Shown: one piece after another, positions 48,547 to 58,791 of the stretch
Layout of the letters: every line of letters starts with the position of its first letter
Position numbering within the stretch: the first letter of the stretch is position 1
Origin: Clostridia bacterium
GTDB taxonomy: Bacteria; Bacillota; Clostridia; TANB77; CAG-508
Length of the DNA: 64,000 nucleotides
Direction: 5' to 3'
NCBI GenBank assembly: GCA_017533795.1
Contig: JAFWIH010000020.1
Span: forward strand, 9,335-73,334
Notes under the pieces: generated by a model
What the model was told of the DNA's origin: nothing
What the model saw: the letters and a program-made list of their open reading frames with translations, nothing else
Database searches by the model: none
Made by a program: the position numbers and the translations under genes

Positions 48547-50295
48547 TTACCTACCAAGTTTACTATTTTTTAATGTTTCTTCCATTTCTGCTTTTAAGTC
48601 TGCTTTTGTTTTCATCCTTTTAGCAGTATGTGTTCCAGTTTTTTGTCTTGTTCTTGTATTGGTTTTTCTTGTTGTTCTAGTTGTTCTTGTTGTTTTTTCC
48701 TTTGTTTCCTTCTTTGCTGCTTTTTTTGGTGGATCTATATCTATTTTTTTATTTTGAGTAGTTCTTGTTTTTCTAGTTGTTTTAGGTCTAACCGCTTGTT
48801 TTTTCCTTTTATCTGAATTTTGACTTGATTCCCTAATAGATGCTATTCTTTCGCTATATTTGTTACTAAACTTACTTTTTCCCTTAATAGTGCTTTTGCT
48901 TCTATCTACACCTTTTTTTCTAGCTTTTGCTTCTGCTTTTTTCTTTTTATTTATTTGTTTATCTGCTTTTAATTTTGAATTCATCATCAAATATTGTGGA
49001 TCATTTTCCTTATCTTGATATCTTAAGTCATCACATATAAGTTCTATAACTGAAGAAGCAACTAAATTTGCATCATGTCTTACATATTCGTCTGTAATAA
49101 CAGATAAATTTCTTTGCAAAAATTTTATTCCTCTAAATTTAGACTTTGCAACATCAATATCCTGTTCTACTAAATCAGCGCCTTCTCTATTATATTTTTT
49201 TATAAATTCTGGCACTACTTCTCCTGTATCATAAATACAATAATCTATCATTCCTTCTCCACAATGCTCTACTATTGCATTAATATGGTCAGATATTGAA
49301 TATTCGTCTGTTTGACCTGGTACAGTCATTATATTGCTAATAAAAATTTTCATAGCACTGCTCTCTTTTATAGCCTTAGCTACACCACTTACTAATAAAT
49401 TTGGTATAACATTTGTATAAAGGCTACCTGGTCCTATTATAATGCTGTCTGCATCTCTTATAGCTTCTAGTACCCCTGGTGCAGGTCTACAATTTGATGG
49501 ATTTAAATACACCCTACTAATCTTTGTTACTTTATCATAAACTACTTCTGCTATTCTATCTTTTTCTTCTACAACATAGCCATTTGCAAGTTCTGCACAG
49601 ATTTTCATTTCATCCATAGTTACTGGTAAAACTTTTCCTACCATATTAACAACTTCATTGGTTCTTTTTACTGATTCTGTAAATTCTCCAGTAATATTTT
49701 GCATAGTTGAAAAATATACATCAGCAAATGTTAAGCCTTTTAATTTCCCACTATTATATTGATAATTAAAAAGGTTACTCATTTCTTGTTGGTTTGAAGA
49801 AAGCGATATTATACTGTTTTTTATATCTTCTGTTGGTAAAATGTGTAAATCTTTTCTTGATTCCGTTTGTAATTTACCATAATCCGAAACAGTTACTATT
49901 GCTGTTATATTGCTTGTATAGTTTTTCATTCCCGAAAGCACCGTATCTAATCCAGTGCCTCCACCTATTACAACAACATTAGGCCCCTGATCATAAATTG
50001 TTTTATTAAATATTAGCGAATTAACATTTACCTTATTTCTATTTTCCATTCTTTCGTCTGTGGACTCTATTAACACCTCTAAGGTTCTTTTATTTAAAAA
50101 TATAAGTCCTATAACTATACACATAAATCCTGCTACAAATATTGTTATTATTTTTCCGACCTGTATAAAGGACACTTCTTTTAATACCAGTATCTCTGCT
50201 ATACCATAGCATGTTAATATTATTCCTATTAATATTAGAAACATCCATCTTTTCATTTTGGTGCTTGACTTAAACCATTGAAATATTCCGTTCAT
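48547..50295 (-). CDS. Atypical YvcK/GlmR (CofD/UPF0052) family protein. Extra N-terminal two-TM anchor and a ~150-aa basic K/R/T-rich C-terminal tail. The phosphate-binding loop looks degenerate.
   Basis: Core VVVIGGGTGLDTVLSGMK...GPGSLYTNVIPNLLV matches B. subtilis YvcK (VVVIGGGTGLSVLLRGLK, GPGSLYTSVLPNLLV). Canonical VTVADDGGSSGRLR is replaced by VTVSDYGKLQTESR. Tail ...KTTRKTRTTQNKK...TRTTRTTRKTNTRTRQK. Confidence 0.7.
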   Translation of the reverse strand: MNGIFQWFKSSTKMKRWMFLILIGIILTCYGIAEILVLKEVSFIQVGKIITIFVAGFMCIVIGLIFLNKRTLEVLIESTDERMENRNKVNVNSLIFNKTIYDQGPNVVVIGGGTGLDTVLSGMKNYTSNITAIVTVSDYGKLQTESRKDLHILPTEDIKNSIISLSSNQQEMSNLFNYQYNSGKLKGLTFADVYFSTMQNITGEFTESVKRTNEVVNMVGKVLPVTMDEMKICAELANGYVVEEKDRIAEVVYDKVTKISRVYLNPSNCRPAPGVLEAIRDADSIIIGPGSLYTNVIPNLLVSGVAKAIKESSAMKIFISNIMTVPGQTDEYSISDHINAIVEHCGEGMIDYCIYDTGEVVPEFIKKYNREGADLVEQDIDVAKSKFRGIKFLQRNLSVITDEYVRHDANLVASSVIELICDDLRYQDKENDPQYLMMNSKLKADKQINKKKKAEAKARKKGVDRSKSTIKGKSKFSNKYSERIASIRESSQNSDKRKKQAVRPKTTRKTRTTQNKKIDIDPPKKAAKKETKEKTTRTTRTTRKTNTRTRQKTGTHTAKRMKTKADLKAEMEETLKNSKLGR

Positions 50296-50312
50296 AAAAT
50301 TCTACATTCCTT

Positions 50313-51221
50313 TCAAATTACTTCAATCTCTAGTTCTATTTTTTCCCCTGTTTTTGAATACACTTGCTGTGTTACATAATCTATTAAGCTTAACACATCT
50401 TTAGCTGTAGCATTGCCTGTATTTATAATAAAACCTGCATGTTTTGTAGAAACTTGTGCTCCTCCTACTGAAAAACCTTTTAATCCACATTCGTCAATTA
50501 TTTTTGCAGTTACAAAATTCTTTCCTCTTTTAAAAGTACTTCCTGCATTTGGATAATCTAATGGTTGGTTTTCTTTTCTCCATTTTAAAAATTCTTCCAT
50601 TTTTGTTTTTATTGTTTCTTTGTTACCAGATTTTAATTTAAACGTAGTTTCTATAACAATATACTTTTCTTTAATAAATATGCTATTTCTATATTGAAAT
50701 TGATGATCTTTATTTGTAATTGTATGTATATCTCCTTGCATATCCATATAAGTTGTTTTTTCTACTATATCTTTTATTTCTTTACCATGCGCACCAGCAT
50801 TCATTCTGACAGCGCCGCCAATAGTTCCTGGTATTCCTGATAACTCTTCAAATCCTGTTATTGATTCTTGTAATAATTTTTGAGCTAAATATCCTATTGT
50901 AACTCCACTTTCTACTCTTACATTTATATCATTGTTTTCTTTTTCTATTTTTATTTGTGTTAATTGTGGTTTTAACACTATTCCTTTTATGCCTTCATCT
51001 TTTACAAGCAGGTTACTTCCATTTCCAATAATATTTAATGGCATATTATTTTTTCTAGTAAATTGTATAACATTTCTTATGTCATTAATAGTTGTTGCTT
51101 TTACAAAAACCTCAGCAGGCCCGCCTATTTTAAACGACGTGTGTCTGCTCATTGGCTCATTTATAAATATTTTTTCTTTATCAACAAGATTATACAATTC
51201 GTTTAAGCAACTCTCTGTCAA
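50313..51221 (-). CDS. murB: UDP-N-acetylenolpyruvoylglucosamine reductase.
   Basis: FKIGGPAEVFV...NIIGNGSNLLV and the C-terminal KTGEKIELEIEVI are MurB hallmarks. Confidence 0.85.
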   Translation of the reverse strand: MTESCLNELYNLVDKEKIFINEPMSRHTSFKIGGPAEVFVKATTINDIRNVIQFTRKNNMPLNIIGNGSNLLVKDEGIKGIVLKPQLTQIKIEKENNDINVRVESGVTIGYLAQKLLQESITGFEELSGIPGTIGGAVRMNAGAHGKEIKDIVEKTTYMDMQGDIHTITNKDHQFQYRNSIFIKEKYIVIETTFKLKSGNKETIKTKMEEFLKWRKENQPLDYPNAGSTFKRGKNFVTAKIIDECGLKGFSVGGAQVSTKHAGFIINTGNATAKDVLSLIDYVTQQVYSKTGEKIELEIEVI

Positions 51222-51238
51222 AATAATCCCTCCATATA

Positions 51239-51688
51239 TTAATTAGTACTTTTATATAAATATATTCCTGTAGCAGTAGCATTAGTTGTTTCATTCATTA
51301 CTATTCCTTTTTCGTAATTAACTATATAAGTATCTTCACTTTGCTTTAGTCCTAAATCTTCTAGATTTGCAGATGATAATCTATAATATGTTCCCTCTCC
51401 TTCAGCTGGAAAATCGCTAGTATGCCCCATAGTACTTGCAAGGTTTTGCGCAACACTATACTCAACTTGTGTTCCAACTAATAAACTACTTTTCTTTGTT
51501 AATTTATATTCAGTATATCTTTCTAAACATGCATGTTGAACCATATCTAATTCTGATGTTAATCTATTGCTTTTACTCATTTTTATGGATTCATTTCCAC
51601 CACTTATTGTAATTCCAGCTAATATTAACAATATAATTATTGTTACTGTTAATGCAATTAAAGTTATACCTTTATTCTCTCTCATCAT
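51239..51688 (-). CDS. Prepilin-type N-terminal domain protein (type IV pilin/pseudopilin-like) lacking the canonical Glu5.
   Basis: MMRENKGITLIALTVTIIILLILAGITI. It has the G/xTL(I/V) class-III signal-like pattern, but position +5 is Ala. Confidence 0.55.
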   Translation of the reverse strand: MMRENKGITLIALTVTIIILLILAGITISGGNESIKMSKSNRLTSELDMVQHACLERYTEYKLTKKSSLLVGTQVEYSVAQNLASTMGHTSDFPAEGEGTYYRLSSANLEDLGLKQSEDTYIVNYEKGIVMNETTNATATGIYLYKSTN

Positions 51689-51776
51689 TTTTTCTCCTTT
51701 GAATATAAAAACTCTTTTTTATCTTATCATTTTTTTTTGTTTTTTACAACAAAAAACGGAAAATTTTACTAAAGTC

Positions 51777-51805
51777 TTTAAATTCCGCTAAATCTGTGGT
51801 ATAAT
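51777..51805 (+). promoter_or_regulatory. Sigma-A-like promoter with extended -10 for the SPFH gene.
   Basis: TTTAAA-17 nt-(TGg)TATAAT. ~55-nt leader to the AAGGAGGA RBS. Confidence 0.4.
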
Positions 51806-51864
51806 TATGTTAGTGTCGTTTTTAATTTTAAAAAATATATAATATATAAAAGGAGGATATTTAA

Positions 51865-52770
51865 ATGACATTTTTATTAATTTTACTTGCTATAATTTTA
51901 GTTATAGCCTTTATGTCAATTAAAATTGTTAGACAATCTGAGGTGTATGTAATCGAAAGATTAGGTAGATTTCATAAAGTAGCTGATGCAGGTCTTACAA
52001 TTATAGTTCCATTTATAGATCATGTAAGATCAGTTGTAAGCTTAAAACAGCAAACAATGGACATTCCACCTCAAGGAGTTATTACTAAAGATAATGTTAC
52101 AATTACAATAGATACTGTTGTATTCTATCAAGTTGCTGACCCTGCCAAAGCAGTATACGAAATTCAAAGTCTAAAGAAAGGTATTGAATATTTATCTATT
52201 ACAACAATTCGTGATATCATTGGTAAAATGGATTTAGACGAAACATTCACTTCTAGAGATGATATTAATGCAAAATTAAGGACTATACTTGATGAAGCTA
52301 CAGATAAATGGGGATGCAATATAGATAGAGTTGAAGTTATGGATATTAACCCACCTGCAGATATTAGAGATGCAATGGAAAAACAAATGAATGCTGAAAG
52401 AAATAAAAGAGCTTTAATTCTTGAAGCAGAAGCTCAAAAGCAATCTGCTATTACAATTGCTGAAGGTAAAAAAGAAGCTGCTATTTTGGAAGCAGAAGCT
52501 GATAGTGAAGCAAAAATAAGAAGAGCTGCTGGTGATGCTGAAGCTATAAAACAAGTTGCAGAAGCAAAAGCTAAAGAAGTTCAAATGGTTTATGAAGCAA
52601 TTAAGCAAGCTGATCCAGATGAAAAGCTAGTTCAAATTAAATCTTTAGAAGCACTAGAAGAAGTTGCCAAAGGTGAAGCAAACAAAGTGTTTATTCCTTT
52701 TGATGCAACATCTGCTTTAGGTAGTTTAGGTGCAATTAAAGAAGTTCTAAAAAATGACAATAAAGAATAA
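51865..52770 (+). CDS. SPFH/band-7 (stomatin/flotillin-like) membrane protein.
   Basis: N-terminal TM, then IVRQSEVYVIERLGRFHKVADAGLTIIVPFID. The C-terminus is A/E-rich coiled coil. Confidence 0.85.
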   Translation: MTFLLILLAIILVIAFMSIKIVRQSEVYVIERLGRFHKVADAGLTIIVPFIDHVRSVVSLKQQTMDIPPQGVITKDNVTITIDTVVFYQVADPAKAVYEIQSLKKGIEYLSITTIRDIIGKMDLDETFTSRDDINAKLRTILDEATDKWGCNIDRVEVMDINPPADIRDAMEKQMNAERNKRALILEAEAQKQSAITIAEGKKEAAILEAEADSEAKIRRAAGDAEAIKQVAEAKAKEVQMVYEAIKQADPDEKLVQIKSLEALEEVAKGEANKVFIPFDATSALGSLGAIKEVLKNDNKE

Positions 52771-52784
52771 GACCAAGGGCGACA

Positions 52785-52880
52785 GGTTCCAACCAACGGG
52801 GACGGGTTCATTTTGGTTGACAAATGTTTGTCAACCAAAATGAACCCGTCCCCGTTGGTTGGAACCGTTGGTTGGAATCC
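52785..52880. repeat. Second GC-rich long palindrome (38-bp stem) between convergent SPFH gene and ileS, with a 14-bp partial direct duplication on its right flank. Same family as 20337-20441.
   Basis: ggttccaaccaacggggacgggttcattttggttgacaaa-tg-tttgtcaaccaaaatgaacccgtccccgttggttggaacc, then gttggttggaatcc. Confidence 0.75.
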
Positions 52881-55800
52881 CTATTTTTTAATTACTTCGA
52901 CATCAATTTTTAAATTTTCACCATTAATTTTGCATTCTGTATAACTTGTTCTTTCTTCATTATAAATAATTTTTTCAGCTAAAGTATCTCTTTTTATTGT
53001 AGCTGCATATTTTTTTGTTACATCTTCTAGCGTAGTATTTCCTGAAACATAAAGATTAATTCTATCTAAAACTTCGAAGCCTTTATCTTTTCTCATATTT
53101 TGAACTTTAGAAAGGATTTCTCTTAAGTAGCCTTCCTCCTTAAGTTCTGGCGTTATTGCTGTGTCTAAAACAACACCTATCTCTCCTTCTCCATTAAACG
53201 CATATCCATCTCTTCCTTGCATTGTAACAAGTAGATTCTCTTGGTCTAATCCAATCTCTGTTCCATCTATATCAATATATTCTATTTCACCACTTTTTAC
53301 TTTATTTGCCAAATCCATCTGATTCATCTTTGATATTTCATTTCGTATTTGTGGTATTAATTTTCCATATTCTTTACCAAGCACAGGTAAGTTTGGCTTA
53401 ATTTCAAAATGTACATATTCTGACATTTCGCTTCCCAGAATAACCTCTTTTACATTTAGTTCTTCTTTTACAACATCACTATAGTATTCTGGTAAAGTAT
53501 CAACAGATATTAACATTTTTGATAATGGCTGCCTATTCTTTATGTTTGCAGTATTTCTTGCTCCCCTACCTAGTTTAACTATTTTATATGCTAAGCTCAT
53601 CTCTTCTTCTAATTTTTTATCTATTACACTTTCATCTACATCAGGCCACAAACATAAATGAACACTTTCTGGAGCATCTTTATCAATTCCAGCAACCAAG
53701 TTTTGATAAATCTCATCAGTCATAAATGGTACAAATGGAGCTGAAACCTTTATAAGAGTTGTCAATACTTTATACAACGTTACATATGCACCTATTTTAT
53801 CGTCAGTTAATATTTCACTCCAAAATCTTTCTCTGTTTCTACGTACATACCAATTAGAAAGTTCGTCTGTAAATTCTCCTATTTGTATAGCTGCAGATGT
53901 TATATCATAATGTTCTAGTTTTTGATCTATTTCTTTAACTAATGTATTTAATTTTGAAATTATCCATTTGTCCATTATATGATCTGATTTAAATTCTTTA
54001 TATTCTAATGGATTAAACTTATCTATCTCTCCATATAACACATAGAATGAATATACATTCCAAAGTGTACTTAAAAATTTTCTTTGTGTTTCCTCAACAT
54101 TTTCTAAAGAAAGTCTTGTAGGTAGCCATGGGCTACTACATGTATAAAAATGCCATCTTGTTGCATCTGCACCAACTGTGTCTAAAAGAGTAAATGGATC
54201 AACACCATTTTTCTTAGATTTAGACATCTTTTGTCCTTTTCCATCTAAAACATGCCCCAAAACTATACAGTTTTCAAACGGAGTTTTCCCAAATAATGCT
54301 GTTCCTATAGCTGTTAATGTATAGAACCAGCCTCTAGTTTGATCTACAGCTTCTGAAATAAACTGAGCTGGGAAGTTTTCCTTAAACATTTCTTTATTTT
54401 CAAATGGATAATGCCATTGTGCAAAAGGCATTGATCCAGAATCAAACCAGCAGTCTATAACTTCTTTAAACCTTGTCATTTCTTTGCCACATTTTGGACA
54501 TTTTAAGTGCACCTCGTCTATATATGGTTTATGTAATTCTATATCATCAGGACAATCAACTGCTTTTTCCTTTAATTCTTTTATGCTTCCAATACATTCC
54601 TGATGTCCACATTCACATTGCCAAACAGGAAGTGGTGTTCCCCAATATCTATCTCTAGAAATTCCCCAATCAATAACATTTTCTAGGAATTTTCCAAATC
54701 TACCTGTTCTTATTGTATCAGGATACCAGTTCACTTTATTATTATTGCTTACTAATTCATCTCTTAGTTTACTCATTGCAACAAACCAGCTTTCTTTTGG
54801 ATAATAAAGAAGTGGTGTGTCACATCTCCAGCAATGTGGATATGAGTGCATATGTTTTTCACTACTAAATAATTTATTTTCTTCTTTTAACCATTTAACT
54901 ATATCTTGGTCACAATCTTTTACAAATCTTCCTGCCCAAGGTTTAACATCTTCTACAAACTTTCCAGATTTATCAACTAAGTTTACAAAAGCAATACCAT
55001 TTTGTTTAGAAACTAAGCTATCATCTTCTCCATATGCAGGTGCAATATGTACTATACCAGTACCATCTTCTAGATTTACATAGTCTCCATGAATTACAAC
55101 AAATGCTTTTCCATCTACTTTTGCAAATGGCATAAGCTGTTCATATTTTGTTCCAAGTAATTCTGTTCCAGGAAATTCTTTCACTATTTCATATGGTGTT
55201 TCCTTTAATACTGCTTCTATTAAGTCTTTTGCTAATATATAATTTTCATATTGTGGTTCTTCATCTGTTCCAACATTTGCTTTTACTTCTACATATGTAT
55301 AAGCTTTATTAATACATAATGCTAAGTTTGATGGTAATGTCCATGGAGTTGTTGTCCAAGCTAAAATATACTTATTCTCTCCTACTACTTTAAATTTTGC
55401 AATACAAGTTAAGTCTTTTACATCTTTATATCCTTGTGCAACTTCATGTGAAGATAAAGCAGTTCCACATCTTGGGCAATACGGCATAACTTTATGTCCT
55501 TCATATAATAAACCTTTTTCCCACATTTGCTTTAGGGCCCACCAAACAGATTCTATGTAATTATTATGATATGTTACATATGGATTGTCCATATCTACCC
55601 AAAATCCAACTTGGTTAGTCATTTTTTCCCATGTAGAAACATATGTAAATACACTTTCTTTACACTTCTTAACAAATTTTTCTACACCATATTCTTCTAT
55701 TTGCTCTTTTCCAGAAATCCCTAATTGCTTTTCTATCTCTAATTCAACAGGTAAACCATGTGTGTCCCATCCAGCTTTACGAATTACTTGGTAGCCCTTC

Positions 55801-56021
55801 ATAACTTTATATCTTGGGATTATGTCTTTCATTACTCTAGTTTCAATATGTCCAACATGTGGCATTCCATTAGCAGTTGGAGGGCCATCATAAAAAGTAA
55901 AGTATCTCTTTCCTTTATTCATATCAAAATTTTTCTTAATAATATTTTTGTCTTTCCACATCCTTGCAACATCTTTTTCCATTCCTACAAATCCGTTAGG
56001 CAATTCAACTTTCTTGTACAT
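52881..56021 (-). CDS. ileS: Isoleucine--tRNA ligase, type 2 (eukaryote/Thermus-like class).
   Basis: [51 protein letters not shown] matches type-2 IleRS (T. thermophilus [29 protein letters not shown]). KMSKS present. 1046 aa. Confidence 0.9.
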   Translation of the reverse strand: MYKKVELPNGFVGMEKDVARMWKDKNIIKKNFDMNKGKRYFTFYDGPPTANGMPHVGHIETRVMKDIIPRYKVMKGYQVIRKAGWDTHGLPVELEIEKQLGISGKEQIEEYGVEKFVKKCKESVFTYVSTWEKMTNQVGFWVDMDNPYVTYHNNYIESVWWALKQMWEKGLLYEGHKVMPYCPRCGTALSSHEVAQGYKDVKDLTCIAKFKVVGENKYILAWTTTPWTLPSNLALCINKAYTYVEVKANVGTDEEPQYENYILAKDLIEAVLKETPYEIVKEFPGTELLGTKYEQLMPFAKVDGKAFVVIHGDYVNLEDGTGIVHIAPAYGEDDSLVSKQNGIAFVNLVDKSGKFVEDVKPWAGRFVKDCDQDIVKWLKEENKLFSSEKHMHSYPHCWRCDTPLLYYPKESWFVAMSKLRDELVSNNNKVNWYPDTIRTGRFGKFLENVIDWGISRDRYWGTPLPVWQCECGHQECIGSIKELKEKAVDCPDDIELHKPYIDEVHLKCPKCGKEMTRFKEVIDCWFDSGSMPFAQWHYPFENKEMFKENFPAQFISEAVDQTRGWFYTLTAIGTALFGKTPFENCIVLGHVLDGKGQKMSKSKKNGVDPFTLLDTVGADATRWHFYTCSSPWLPTRLSLENVEETQRKFLSTLWNVYSFYVLYGEIDKFNPLEYKEFKSDHIMDKWIISKLNTLVKEIDQKLEHYDITSAAIQIGEFTDELSNWYVRRNRERFWSEILTDDKIGAYVTLYKVLTTLIKVSAPFVPFMTDEIYQNLVAGIDKDAPESVHLCLWPDVDESVIDKKLEEEMSLAYKIVKLGRGARNTANIKNRQPLSKMLISVDTLPEYYSDVVKEELNVKEVILGSEMSEYVHFEIKPNLPVLGKEYGKLIPQIRNEISKMNQMDLANKVKSGEIEYIDIDGTEIGLDQENLLVTMQGRDGYAFNGEGEIGVVLDTAITPELKEEGYLREILSKVQNMRKDKGFEVLDRINLYVSGNTTLEDVTKKYAATIKRDTLAEKIIYNEERTSYTECKINGENLKIDVEVIKK

Positions 56022-56029
56022 AAAAAAAC

Positions 56030-56388
56030 CTCCTTGATTTATTTTTACTTTCTTATACTGTTATTGAAAATGTTTTTGCAGATTTATGTCAAATAAACAC
56101 GTCCCTATTGACACATTGGCAATTACAAAAAAGCTACTTCATCCACTGTTAGGACGAAATAGCTTTTCCGCGGTACCACCTATTTTAGTAATTTATATTA
56201 CGAAATAAATATACTCTCTTCATTTTCTTTAACGCAGATATACGGCAAGGCTTACTTTTAGTTCAGCCATGCAACAACATAAGTGATAATAAACAATTTT
56301 TACTTACCAAATTTCCAGCTACCTTTGGCTCTCTAAAAGATATTATACTGTTTATCGTGTCTTATGTCTTGTTTTTTCTTATTTTTAC
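56030..56388 (-). promoter_or_regulatory. T-box riboswitch leader of ileS.
   Basis: The minus strand carries the canonical T-box sequence AATAGGTGGTACCGCGG (plus coordinates 56168-56181). It is followed by a terminator AAAAGCTATTTCGTCC-TAACAGT-GGATGAAGTAGCTTTT plus T6 (~56127-56175) whose 5' arm overlaps the T-box, giving antiterminator/terminator competition. Confidence 0.8.
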
Positions 56389-56395
56389 ATCTAAT

Positions 56396-56424
56396 ATTCT
56401 AACACGCCTTTTTAATTTTTGCAA
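56396..56424 (-). promoter_or_regulatory. Sigma-A promoter driving the ileS T-box leader.
   Basis: On the minus strand, TTGCAA (56424-56419), 17-nt spacer, then TAGAAT (56401-56396). Confidence 0.5.
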
Positions 56425-56460
56425 GTATTTTGAATAATGTTTTTTCCATTGACAAAGTCA

Positions 56461-58767
56461 TCATTCTACATTGTACTCTATAACATTTACGGCTTTTACT
56501 ACTATTTTTCCATCTTCTTGAACTTTTACAATTCTAAAAGTTCTTTTGTTCTCTATTTCTAAATCTGTTTTTGACATATCAAATAAGACATTTGTACTTA
56601 AATCCATACCAATTGGCAATGTTTTGTTTTTATTGTCATAAAATACACTATTGGTATATATAATTGCTTTATCGTTTCTGTTCAAATTAATCTTATATAA
56701 ATTGATTTTATTTCCTTCTTTTTCAATTGCTTTTTTCACTTCTCTTTCAGGATTTAAGTTAAATATATTGATACTTTGCTCATCTATTTTTTCTTCATTT
56801 ATAGCCAAATATATAGCAATATTTTCTGTTACTTTTATTTTTTCTAAAGAAGATTCAATGTTATCAAGTACTCTTTCCAATGCAAGTTTATAACCAAGTT
56901 GTTTAGTATTTTTTGTAATATCTAATATTTGATACTTATCCTTAGGAAGTTCTCTGTGCTTTTTATCTGCTATTTTCTTAACTTTTGTATTGTCATCAGC
57001 TTTTCCTCCAAATATGTCAAAATCATCCTGTTCTTCTAATCCTTTTTCTTCTTTTATTTCTTTTTTTATTAATTTTAATGCACTTTCTATATCTTTGGGA
57101 AGAACTGTATTTGTTTTAACTTTATTTAAAATCTCGAAAACATTTGTAGTTGTAATAAATATGCTGTCTAACTCTTCTTTTGAAAGAATTTTTCTTTGTT
57201 GTCTATCCATTGCTTTTCCAAATTCTTCTAAGTCTTCTTTGTAATTAAATACTTTGCTTATTTTTTTCTTAATATTGATTTCTTCTATTTCACCTTCTGG
57301 TAAACTTGAAATTTCATCTTTGTTACTATATTTCCAAAATTCAAAAATACTTTTTTTATGACTGTCAATTTCTTCAATATACGCTGAAGCATTTTCGATT
57401 TTTTTCTCCAAATTCTTATTTCTAAGTTTTATAGCATTTATATCCATTAATAAATTTCTCATTTTTGTTTCTTTTTGGTAATACTCATTTGCTGTATCTA
57501 TTAATTCTTCAATTGTATAATGTTCTTTTATTTTTTTATTAGATTTTATATCTGTTTCTCTTTTTTCTTCTGCTTTTTCATCAAATGTCTCGTCTTCATC
57601 AATATCCATTAAATTAATCTTTTCTTTGATGCTCTTAGATTTTGATTTTTTATTATATTTGAAATAGTATTTCATCTTACCAAAAAACGATTTCTTACAT
57701 TCTAAGAAAGTTGAAATTTGTTTTTCTTTCGCTAAATACTCTATTTCCATACTAGATGCAAGTATTTTTAGTTTGTTTAGTTTTTCTTTTAGTTCTACTA
57801 TATCGATATCCGCTTGCTCATGTAGTTCTTCAGTTTCGACATATTCTTTTTTTATGAATTCAGCTAAATTTTCATAATCTATTTTTTCATCTTTAGAATA
57901 AAACTCTATACTTCCATATCTGTCTATATTTGTTTCAAATGTATAATAATGAGGAACTTCAGATTGAAGCATAAATAACGCTTTAAGTAATCTATAAAAT
58001 TCATTTGCTTTTGTTTTATCTTGAAGCTTTACTTTATATATTGATTTTACATTATCAAAAACCTCTGTTTCTCCAACAATCTGAATACTTAATTCATTTT
58101 TTTTGTCATATACTTCATAGATAAGTGGCCAATCTTTAGTAAATAACCATAAATAATTCTCTATATCTTCAAATTGGTTCTTTTTTAAGTATTCATTTGA
58201 ATAATCAATATGACTTATTGGCACAAATATTTTACTTGTTTGTCTCTTCTCTAATTTTTTCTTTAATAAATAGAAAAAAGTTGAATAGTCTGAGTCTTCT
58301 GTTGGTACTAACATAAAATATTTGTCTGTTGTTTCTGAATAATATATTTGCCACAAGTAATTTCCAGGATATTTTACTTTAAATGGTATAGCCTTATTTA
58401 AAGCTTTTTGTTCCTCCTCTATTTTCTCTATTTCTTCTATTTTTACACTTTTAAGCATTTGTAAAAACACTGTATGTCTTAATACATTTTCTTTTTTATC
58501 TGGTACTAAATACGAATATATAGGGCTTGCCTTAGAATATTTATCTTGTAAGTCATCTAACCTATTAGTTGGTGACAAGATTATTTCTATATCTTTTACT
58601 GGTACAAATCTATATTGCTTGTGTTTGTTTTCTTCATATATGCTTGATGGCTTAAACTTCAAAGGTTCAAATACTTGTAAATTTTTAGGGATATTACTTA
58701 AATCTAGTCCTAAATATTCTAGTTTTTCTTTAATCTCTTCCTTTGGCTTTTCTGTTTTTTTAGGCAA
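56461..58767 (-). CDS. Large (768 aa) cytoplasmic hypothetical protein with a K/E-rich coiled-coil middle region.
   Basis: No TM segment and no recognised catalytic motif. Flanked by metG and ileS. Confidence 0.45.
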   Translation of the reverse strand: MPKKTEKPKEEIKEKLEYLGLDLSNIPKNLQVFEPLKFKPSSIYEENKHKQYRFVPVKDIEIILSPTNRLDDLQDKYSKASPIYSYLVPDKKENVLRHTVFLQMLKSVKIEEIEKIEEEQKALNKAIPFKVKYPGNYLWQIYYSETTDKYFMLVPTEDSDYSTFFYLLKKKLEKRQTSKIFVPISHIDYSNEYLKKNQFEDIENYLWLFTKDWPLIYEVYDKKNELSIQIVGETEVFDNVKSIYKVKLQDKTKANEFYRLLKALFMLQSEVPHYYTFETNIDRYGSIEFYSKDEKIDYENLAEFIKKEYVETEELHEQADIDIVELKEKLNKLKILASSMEIEYLAKEKQISTFLECKKSFFGKMKYYFKYNKKSKSKSIKEKINLMDIDEDETFDEKAEEKRETDIKSNKKIKEHYTIEELIDTANEYYQKETKMRNLLMDINAIKLRNKNLEKKIENASAYIEEIDSHKKSIFEFWKYSNKDEISSLPEGEIEEINIKKKISKVFNYKEDLEEFGKAMDRQQRKILSKEELDSIFITTTNVFEILNKVKTNTVLPKDIESALKLIKKEIKEEKGLEEQDDFDIFGGKADDNTKVKKIADKKHRELPKDKYQILDITKNTKQLGYKLALERVLDNIESSLEKIKVTENIAIYLAINEEKIDEQSINIFNLNPEREVKKAIEKEGNKINLYKINLNRNDKAIIYTNSVFYDNKNKTLPIGMDLSTNVLFDMSKTDLEIENKRTFRIVKVQEDGKIVVKAVNVIEYNVE

Positions 58768-58791
58768 GGTTATTTCCTCCTTAAAAATGAC

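Noticed and set aside
51689-51864. Imperfect palindrome cggaaaattttactaaagtctttaaattccg upstream of the SPFH gene as a possible operator.
   Set aside because: It overlaps the predicted -35 of the promoter and is weak (5-bp arms). That is insufficient to call a regulator binding site.
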